A DNA stretch of 64,000 nucleotides from an uncultured Prevotellaceae bacterium (lineage in GTDB: Bacteria > Bacteroidota > Bacteroidia > Bacteroidales > Bacteroidaceae), in NCBI GenBank assembly GCA_902761905.1, contig CACWMK010000010.1:3215-67214 (forward strand), written 5' to 3'. The notes under the pieces are model-generated. The model did not search any database and was not told the origin of the DNA. It saw only the letters and a program-made list of their open reading frames with translations. Below, in pieces: positions 57,537-64,000 of the stretch; position 1 is the stretch's first letter; each line of letters starts with the position of its first letter. The translations under genes were made by a program, and so were the position numbers.

Positions 57537-59381
57537 TTATTCAACAGTAACTGATTTTGCTAAGTTTCTCGGCTGATCAACGTTTTTACCTTTGCAAACG
57601 GCAACGTGATAAGCCAACAACTGAAGAGGAATAGTGGCAACCAGCGGTTCGAGACATTCCAGAACGTCTGGCAATTCAATCACCTCATCAGCAATCTTCG
57701 CTATGGTGTCATCACCCTTCGAAACCAGTGCGATCACCCTACCCTGACGAGCCTTAATCTCCTGAATGTTCGAGAGCACCTTTTCGTACATCGCGTTGTG
57801 TGTGGCGATAACTACTACAGGCATATCCGAATCGATCAGTGCGATAGGTCCGTGCTTCATCTCGGCAGCAGGATAACCCTCAGCGTGGATATATGAAATT
57901 TCCTTAAGTTTCAGTGCTCCTTCGAGTGCTACTGGATATGAGAATCCACGACCCAGATACAGGAAATTGTGCGCATATGTAAATGTACGTGCGAGGTCGG
58001 CTACCTTATCATTTGTCTGCAACACCTCGCGTATCTTCATCGGAATCTCGCTCAGTCCCTTTACTATCTTAAGATACTCCTGACGATCAACGGTTCCCTT
58101 AGCCTCCGAAAGTGCGAGGGCAAACATAGTGAGCACCGTTACCTGTCCGGTAAATGCCTTAGTAGATGCCACACCTATTTCGGGACCTACGTGAATGTAA
58201 GTACCTGTATCTGTAGCACGTGGGATAGAAGATCCGATGGCGTTACATATTCCATATATAAATGCGCCCTTTTCCTTTGCAAGCTGTACAGCAGCCAGTG
58301 TATCGGCAGTCTCACCGCTCTGGCTTATAGCGATTACCACATCACCCTTGCCTACCACTGGATTGCGATAGCGGAACTCTGATGCATATTCTACCTCTAC
58401 AGGTATACGACATAGTGTCTCGATTATCTGCTTTCCAATCAGACCAGCATGCCATGATGTACCGCAAGCCACGATTACCACACGCTTAGCATCGAGCAAC
58501 TGGCGACGATAGTCGATAAGAGCCGACAAAGTAACATGCGTCGCCTCTACATTTATACGTCCACGCATACAGTTGGTCAAGCACTCTGGCTGCTCAAAAA
58601 TCTCCTTGAGCATAAAATGGGGATAACCACCCTTTTCTATCTGACCAAGGTCGATATCTACCTTCTTAACTTTCAGGTCCTGATCCTCACCATAAATGTT
58701 TACCACATGAAGCTCCTCGCCTCTACGAATCACTGCAATGTTACCATCCTCCAGATATACCACCTTGTCGGTGTACTCAACGATAGGACTTGCGTCTGAA
58801 CCCAGGAAGAACTCGTTCTCTCCGATACCTACCACTAGCGGACTCTGCTTACGGGCGCAGATAATCTGGTCAGCATCACGCTTGTCTAGCACTGCAATGG
58901 CATAAGCACCGATAACCTGATACAAGGCTACTTGTACAGCGGTCAACAGGTCTACCTGCTTGTGTTCCTTAATATATTCTATAAGCTGCACCAGCACCTC
59001 GGTATCGGTATCACTCACGAAGTGTACACCCTTAGCCTGCAGCTTTTCCTTCAGCTCGGCATAGTTCTCGATGATACCGTTGTGGATGATAGCCAGATTC
59101 TTGCTCTCCGAGTAATGTGGATGAGCATTGCGCGATGATGGTTCACCATGAGTAGCCCAACGAGTGTGAGCGATACCTATAGTGCCGCTAACATTCTTAT
59201 CATTACAATACTCACAAAGATTATCGACTTTACCTTTCGACTTGTAAACATTCAAGTCTCCATTGTCATTGATGAGAGCTACGCCAGCGCTGTCGTATCC
59301 GCGATATTCCAGTCGGCGCAAGCCTTTAATAAGTATGGGATAAGCTTCCTTACTCCCGATGTATCCTACGATTCCACACAT
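57537..59381 (-). CDS. glmS: Glutamine--fructose-6-phosphate aminotransferase
   Basis: MCGIVG, EYRGYDSAG, HTRWATHG, SQSGETADT and PRNLAKSVTVE motifs. Confidence 0.97.
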   Translation of the reverse strand: MCGIVGYIGSKEAYPILIKGLRRLEYRGYDSAGVALINDNGDLNVYKSKGKVDNLCEYCNDKNVSGTIGIAHTRWATHGEPSSRNAHPHYSESKNLAIIHNGIIENYAELKEKLQAKGVHFVSDTDTEVLVQLIEYIKEHKQVDLLTAVQVALYQVIGAYAIAVLDKRDADQIICARKQSPLVVGIGENEFFLGSDASPIVEYTDKVVYLEDGNIAVIRRGEELHVVNIYGEDQDLKVKKVDIDLGQIEKGGYPHFMLKEIFEQPECLTNCMRGRINVEATHVTLSALIDYRRQLLDAKRVVIVACGTSWHAGLIGKQIIETLCRIPVEVEYASEFRYRNPVVGKGDVVIAISQSGETADTLAAVQLAKEKGAFIYGICNAIGSSIPRATDTGTYIHVGPEIGVASTKAFTGQVTVLTMFALALSEAKGTVDRQEYLKIVKGLSEIPMKIREVLQTNDKVADLARTFTYAHNFLYLGRGFSYPVALEGALKLKEISYIHAEGYPAAEMKHGPIALIDSDMPVVVIATHNAMYEKVLSNIQEIKARQGRVIALVSKGDDTIAKIADEVIELPDVLECLEPLVATIPLQLLAYHVAVCKGKNVDQPRNLAKSVTVE

Positions 59382-59424
59382 AAGCTGTTTTGTCGTTTTG
59401 TCGTCATTATACTATTTTCGGCTG

Positions 59425-59432
59425 CAAAATTA
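59425..59432 (-). promoter_or_regulatory. -7 element for glmS
   Basis: TAATTTTG(CAGC). Confidence 0.6.
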
Positions 59433-59490
59433 CAACAAAAATCTGAATCTACAAACATTTTGCTAAAAAATCTTTTATTTTTCTTACATA

Positions 59491-59532
59491 AAAACAAAGA
59501 GTCCACCAAGATTCACATCTTGATGGACTCTT
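59491..59532 (-). terminator. Terminator after tRNA-Asp
   Basis: 16-bp stem with one mismatch (AAGAGTCCA.CAAGAT/ATCTTG.TGGACTCTT), then TGTTTT. Confidence 0.75.
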
Positions 59533-59533
59533 G

Positions 59534-59607
59534 CGGTGCGTACGAGATTCGAACTCGTGACCTCCTGCGTGACAGGCAGGCATTCTAACCTACTGAACTA
59601 ACGCACC
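59534..59607 (-). tRNA. tRNA-Asp(GTC)
   Basis: GGTGCGT acceptor stem, CTGTCAC anticodon loop, GTTCGAATC T-loop, G73. Confidence 0.95.
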
Positions 59608-59608
59608 A

Positions 59609-59664
59609 AACTCGTGACCTCCTGCGTGACAGGCAGGCATTCTAACCTACTGAACTAACGCACC
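59609..59664 (-). pseudogene. Truncated 5' copy of tRNA-Asp from a 57-bp tandem duplication
   Basis: Exact repeat at a 57-nt offset; stops in the T-loop and lacks the 3' acceptor strand. Confidence 0.85.
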
Positions 59665-59692
59665 AAAGAACGCATTTTCTTATTTGCGGGTG

Positions 59693-59700
59693 CAAAGGTA
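59693..59700 (-). promoter_or_regulatory. -7 element for tRNA-Asp
   Basis: TACCTTTGCACCCGCAA. Confidence 0.7.
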
Positions 59701-59762
59701 GTGATATTTTTGGAACTACCAAAACTTTTCGACGTTTTTTTACTATAAAACCTGCATTTTTT

Positions 59763-60266
59763 CTAAAATCTATACAGAAATAGCACAGAATCGTGATATT
59801 TAACGCCATCAAAGAGCCAATCTTTGATTTTTGCGTTCTCACAAAAACCTGCTTTTTCAAACAGCCCCATCGATGCATTATTATTGCAATCCACATACGC
59901 GTATATCTGATGTAGATGTAAAATTCTCAATGAATAGTCCTTAATGGCATCAATTACAGCAGTAGCATAACCCTGTCGACGGTATTCGTTCATTATTATT
60001 ATACCCACCTCGGCACGACGGTTAGCAGGATCGAAACTCACCAGATCAACCACACCTACCACCTTACCGTCTTCGTTTTCCACCATCATCCTCACCTGTC
60101 GGTCGGTATATATGTCGTTTTTGGCATTTGCCACATAGTCATGTAGCAAATAGCGTGAGTATGGCACATTAGATGTACCTACATTCCACAACTCCACATC
60201 ATTCTCGATGTGATATAGCAGGTCCAGATCCTCTGGCTCGATGGCTCTTAGTTTAATCTGTCTCAT
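59763..60266 (-). CDS. GNAT acetyltransferase (RimJ/RimL/SpeG-like)
   Basis: LRAIEPEDL, YRRQGYA acetyl-CoA loop, LFEKAGF. Confidence 0.85.
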   Translation of the reverse strand: MRQIKLRAIEPEDLDLLYHIENDVELWNVGTSNVPYSRYLLHDYVANAKNDIYTDRQVRMMVENEDGKVVGVVDLVSFDPANRRAEVGIIIMNEYRRQGYATAVIDAIKDYSLRILHLHQIYAYVDCNNNASMGLFEKAGFCENAKIKDWLFDGVKYHDSVLFLYRF

Positions 60267-61102
60267 CCCAAATGCAGTTTTTTACGTATCAAGTCTGCCA
60301 GCGCCAACGATGCACGGAAGTAGATGGCAACCTTTACCGGCATTGTAAAGAAGAAGCTTAGATGACTGTAGTGCTTGCGGAAGAAGATGAGCATGGCCTG
60401 ATAGAACACATGCACATAGCGGAAATCCGATTTCTGCGTCGACTGGCCCTTGTAGTGGATGATATCCAGTGGTAGATACCAGTTCTGCCAACCGCCCTTA
60501 AGCAGTCTATACGACAGATCGATATCTTCGCCATACATAAAGAAGTCTTCGTCGAGTAATCCCACCTCGTCGATGGCCTTGCGGCGCAGCATCATGAATG
60601 CTCCGCTTATCACCTCAATCTTTCCGGGCTTGTCCCATGGCAGATAACTCATATAGTAGCGCTTGGTAAATCCCAGCATCTTGCGTGCAGCCACCAGCGG
60701 TGTTGGCACAGCTCTTCTGCTCTCAGGTGCCAGCGTACCATCTGTATTGTGCATCCTCACCCCGGCGCCACCAACCTCGGGGTGCTGATCCATAAACTCC
60801 ACCGCGCCACTCAATGTACCTTCGGCCACCACAGTGTCAGGATTTAGCAGCAGTACATATTCGCCCTCTGATTGTCTGATAGCTATGTTATTAGCTTTCG
60901 AGAACCCAAGATTCTCCTTATTATTAACAAGGTGTACCCATGGATAGTCGCGGGCAATCACCTCAACGGTATCGTCAGCCGAATTATTATCCACCACAAA
61001 AACTTCGGTATCGATTCCCTCAGCAGCCTTAACCACACTGTCGATACAGGCGGTCAATAACTCTCTAACGTTATAACTAACTATTACTACGCTTAGTTTC
61101 AT
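60263..61102 (-). CDS. Glycosyltransferase family 2
   Basis: VIVSYN, VVDNNS, NLGFSKANN, LLNPD and FFMYGEDID motifs. Confidence 0.92.
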   Translation of the reverse strand: MKLSVVIVSYNVRELLTACIDSVVKAAEGIDTEVFVVDNNSADDTVEVIARDYPWVHLVNNKENLGFSKANNIAIRQSEGEYVLLLNPDTVVAEGTLSGAVEFMDQHPEVGGAGVRMHNTDGTLAPESRRAVPTPLVAARKMLGFTKRYYMSYLPWDKPGKIEVISGAFMMLRRKAIDEVGLLDEDFFMYGEDIDLSYRLLKGGWQNWYLPLDIIHYKGQSTQKSDFRYVHVFYQAMLIFFRKHYSHLSFFFTMPVKVAIYFRASLALADLIRKKLHLG

Positions 61103-61518
61103 TCTTCAATTTCAGCTTCGCAACGACTCTTTGATGGAAATACAAACGGCATACAGAGCATCTGGATGATAGCCATATATCCGAATGTGGTGTTCATAAA
61201 CATATAATATAAATAGGTATTATACATCATTGGCAAGCCCAACATAAGCAGCCGCAGAAGCCCCCACTTTTTCAGAGCAGCATACTTACGGGTCACTAGA
61301 TCATCGTGCACCTTATTAAACTTAAACAGTCGGAGTGCCAAAAACACCGTACCCAGTGTCACCAGCTCCATTAACGCTGTCATCACAAATTCCACATTCT
61401 TATCACCAGCACTATAACCAGGCTCAAAGATGTTAGTCTCAAACACAATGGCAACTGCCGCCACATATCCGATAGGTATGCAGAACAGTGTCATCAACAG
61501 GTTTCTTGTTTCTTTCAT
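61099..61518 (-). CDS. Hypothetical membrane protein
   Basis: 139 aa with about four hydrophobic segments; in an operon with recR. Confidence 0.75.
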   Translation of the reverse strand: MKETRNLLMTLFCIPIGYVAAVAIVFETNIFEPGYSAGDKNVEFVMTALMELVTLGTVFLALRLFKFNKVHDDLVTRKYAALKKWGLLRLLMLGLPMMYNTYLYYMFMNTTFGYMAIIQMLCMPFVFPSKSRCEAEIEE

Positions 61519-61530
61519 ATCTTTAGTTTT

Positions 61531-62148
61531 TTATTTCTCTTCGAATAATGTTCGGTTGGCTATCGATCGTCCAAGGGTTACCTCGTCGGCATATTCCAGT
61601 TCGTTACCTACGGCTATACCTCGGGCGATAACGCTCACCTTTACACCGCTAGGCGCCATTTTGCGATAGATGTAGAAGTTGGTGGTGTCACCCTCCATCG
61701 TCGGACTGAGCGCCAGTATCACCTCTTTAACATCTCCCTCGCCCACTCGCTGTATCAGCGAATCTATCTCGATGTCGGCAGGCCCCATACCGTCCATAGG
61801 CGATATCACTCCGCCCAGCACGTGGTACAGTCCATGAAACTGCTGAGTATTCTCTATGGCCATCACGTCCTGTATATTCTCTACCACACACACCGTCGAC
61901 TGGTCGCGACGATGATCTGCACAGATAGGACATACATCAGTGTCGCTTATGTTATGACACACCTTGCAGTATTTCACTTCAGCCTTAAGCTTACTCACAG
62001 CCTCGGCAAAAGCAGCCACGTCGGCATCATCCTGCCTTAACAGCCATAGTACTAGGCGCAGTGCAGTCTTACGACCGATGCCAGGTAGTTTCGAGAACTC
62101 CTGCACAGCCTTTTCCAATAGTTGTGATGGGTATTGTTGTTGTATCAT
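61531..62148 (-). CDS. recR: Recombination mediator RecR
   Basis: Start trimmed to ATG 62148 (ATGA overlap with the upstream stop). [10 protein letters not shown]4 zinc finger, Toprim (EGDTT). Confidence 0.95.
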   Translation of the reverse strand: MIQQQYPSQLLEKAVQEFSKLPGIGRKTALRLVLWLLRQDDADVAAFAEAVSKLKAEVKYCKVCHNISDTDVCPICADHRRDQSTVCVVENIQDVMAIENTQQFHGLYHVLGGVISPMDGMGPADIEIDSLIQRVGEGDVKEVILALSPTMEGDTTNFYIYRKMAPSGVKVSVIARGIAVGNELEYADEVTLGRSIANRTLFEEK

Positions 62149-63974
62149 ATCTCGCTTAATTCCAGCCAACGCATGCTCTTCTCGTCCAACTCGTCATTCA
62201 GCACGGGCAGGCGCTTGCTCATTTTTGTTATTTCGTCTACAGATGTAGTTCCGCCACAGAGCGCTTCTTCTATCTGCTTCTTTTCAGCTTCCAGGGCTTC
62301 GATCTCCTTCTCCAACTGCTCCAGTTCTCGCTTTTCCTTATAGGTCAGTTTGCGTTTACCGTTGCCTGCACCATCGCTAGCAGCTGTGTTCGACGAACTG
62401 GCAGCACTAGTCTTGTTGGTTTTGCCAGCACCTCCTGTCCGGGCACCAGATGCCGGCTCACTGGGCTGCAACTGACTCCACTGGCGATACTGCGTATAGT
62501 TACCCGGAAAATCCTGTATATCACCTTCGCCCTTGAATACCAGCAGATGGTCCACCACTTTATCCATAAAGTAGCGGTCGTGACTCACCACAATCACACA
62601 TCCAGGGAAATCCTGCAGATATTCCTCCAAAATCTGCAGCGTCACTATATCCAGATCGTTAGTAGGTTCGTCAAGCACCAGGAAGTTCGGGTTCTTCATC
62701 AGCACCGTACACAAATACAGCTTGCGGCGCTCACCACCACTCAACTTGTACACATAGTTGTGCTGCTGTTCTGGAGTGAACATAAAGTGCTGCAGAAACT
62801 GCGATGCTGTCAAGTGCTTACCACCACCCATATCGATATATTCGGCGATGTCCTTCACCACATCGATCACTTTTGTCTGCTCGTCAAAATGCAGTCCCTC
62901 CTGCGAGAAATAGCCGAATCGCACGGTGTCGCCGATATCAAACTTTCCGCTGTCGGGTACCACCTGTCCCAGTAGCATCTTTATGAATGTCGATTTGCCG
63001 GTACCGTTATTGCCCACGATACCCATCTTCTCAAATCTCGAGAAGTTATAATAGAAGTCCTTCAGTATGGTCAGCGGCTCAGCATCGGGGCGCTCAAACG
63101 CCTTGCTCACATACTGGCACTCAAATATTTTACTTCCAATATACACATTGCGCGATTTCAGTCGTACCTGCCGCTCCTCTATGCGCTGCTTGGCCACTTT
63201 TTCCAGTTCATAGAAAGCCTCTTCGCGATAACGCGCCTTATGACCTCGAGCCTGTGGCATGCGGCGCATCCAGTCCAGTTCGGTACGATACAGATTGTTT
63301 GCACGGGCTATCTCTGCGCGACGGTTATCGATACGCTCCTGTCGTTTCTCCAGATAGTAACTGTAATTACCACGATATGTATAGATAGTCTGATCGTCCA
63401 GTTCCAGTATCACCGAGCACACTCGGTCCAGGAAGAATCGGTCGTGGGTAACCATCAGCAGCGTCTTGTTGCCACGGTTCAGATACCCCTCCAGCCACTC
63501 TATCATTTCCAGGTCCAGATGGTTGGTAGGCTCGTCCAGTATCAGCAGATCGGGATCGGTTATCAGCACGTTGGCCAGAGCCACACGTTTCTGCTGTCCA
63601 CCGCTCAACTGCCCCATTGGTTGTTCCAGATCACGTATCTTCAACTGCGTCAATATCTGCTTGGCTTTCAACACCTTATCAGGATCACCTTGATGATTAA
63701 AGCAAGCATCCAGCACACTCTCGGCAGGGTCGAACGCTGGCGATTGCTCCAGCATTCCCACCTTCAGATCGCGGCGGAATATTATCTCGCCCTGATCGTA
63801 TCCCTCCTTGCCGCTAAGTATCGATAGCAACGTAGATTTACCGGTACCGTTCTTGGCTATCAGTCCCACCTTCTGTCCCTCGGCAATCGAGAAACTCAAG
63901 TCGCGAAACAGTACCAGCGCACCAAACGACTTTGTCAGCTTTTGAACGTCTAAGTATGGTATCTCTTTAGCCAT
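62145..63974 (-). CDS. ABC-F family ATPase (Uup-like)
   Basis: Two nucleotide-binding domains (LSGGQ/LSGGE, DEPTN) and a C-terminal coiled coil [11 protein letters not shown]. Confidence 0.92.
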   Translation of the reverse strand: MAKEIPYLDVQKLTKSFGALVLFRDLSFSIAEGQKVGLIAKNGTGKSTLLSILSGKEGYDQGEIIFRRDLKVGMLEQSPAFDPAESVLDACFNHQGDPDKVLKAKQILTQLKIRDLEQPMGQLSGGQQKRVALANVLITDPDLLILDEPTNHLDLEMIEWLEGYLNRGNKTLLMVTHDRFFLDRVCSVILELDDQTIYTYRGNYSYYLEKRQERIDNRRAEIARANNLYRTELDWMRRMPQARGHKARYREEAFYELEKVAKQRIEERQVRLKSRNVYIGSKIFECQYVSKAFERPDAEPLTILKDFYYNFSRFEKMGIVGNNGTGKSTFIKMLLGQVVPDSGKFDIGDTVRFGYFSQEGLHFDEQTKVIDVVKDIAEYIDMGGGKHLTASQFLQHFMFTPEQQHNYVYKLSGGERRKLYLCTVLMKNPNFLVLDEPTNDLDIVTLQILEEYLQDFPGCVIVVSHDRYFMDKVVDHLLVFKGEGDIQDFPGNYTQYRQWSQLQPSEPASGARTGGAGKTNKTSAASSSNTAASDGAGNGKRKLTYKEKRELEQLEKEIEALEAEKKQIEEALCGGTTSVDEITKMSKRLPVLNDELDEKSMRWLELSEI

Positions 63975-64000
63975 TCGCCAGTTCCTTATTTATCTGTTCT

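Noticed and set aside
59382-59533. glmS ribozyme upstream of glmS
   Set aside because: The -7 box is only about 45 nt from the ATG, which leaves no room, and the hairpin further upstream is the tRNA-Asp terminator.
59534-59667. tRNA-Asp duplication as an attL/attR scar
   Set aside because: It copies the 5' part, the copies are adjacent with nothing between them, and there is no integrase nearby.
4598-62169. Over-extended ORF-track starts (for example 5269, 7778, 11634, 14050, 36002, 44745, 49376, 53108, 57544, 62169)
   Set aside because: The extensions run into neighbouring genes or across -7 promoter boxes. Downstream ATGs match family N-termini and A-rich leaders.
63967-64000. Probable 3' end of an upstream gene on the minus strand (...[10 protein letters not shown]) overlapping the ABC-F start
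   Set aside because: Only about 10 codons are visible, too few to call.

Overview
A 64-kb chromosomal segment from a Bacteroidota bacterium, most likely Prevotellaceae. This rests on gene content and order, TAnnTTTG -7 promoter boxes, and A-rich leaders with no Shine-Dalgarno motif. From about 4.6 kb onward it is mostly core genome: nitroreductase, two GH25 muramidases, pfp, a PlsC-type acyltransferase, a YgiQ radical SAM protein, ruvC, lepA, a PpiD-like chaperone, lptC, an Lnb-like protein, secA, feoB, a DUF5113/DUF5932-like two-component pair, a hexuronate block (eda, kdgK, LacI, uxaA), clostripain, gldE, ssb, five intact tRNAs, nspC, glmS-carA-carB, recR and an ABC-F ATPase. The first 4.5 kb is accessory and is the most interesting part. 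It holds a leftward unit (OB-fold/SSB-like fusion, GH24 lysozyme, VirE-N-type protein cut by the window edge) divergent from an HU-like protein and a 33-aa 'smalltalk'-type peptide. Between them is a symmetric origin-like structure: a 36-bp perfect AT palindrome flanked by four inward-facing 8-mers per side. Next come two unannotated paralogous peptides with double-glycine-type leaders, inside a cassette bounded by 33-bp direct repeats and MITE-like palindromes. Other oddities are a heptamer palindromic repeat read in frame inside ygiQ, a 57-bp tandem duplication of the tRNA-Asp 5' part, C55 in both tRNA-Gly genes and an SSB with no acidic tail. No CRISPR array, rRNA, integrase or transposase is visible. 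Family names come from motif recognition only, not database searches. Several ORF-track starts were trimmed to more plausible downstream starts.
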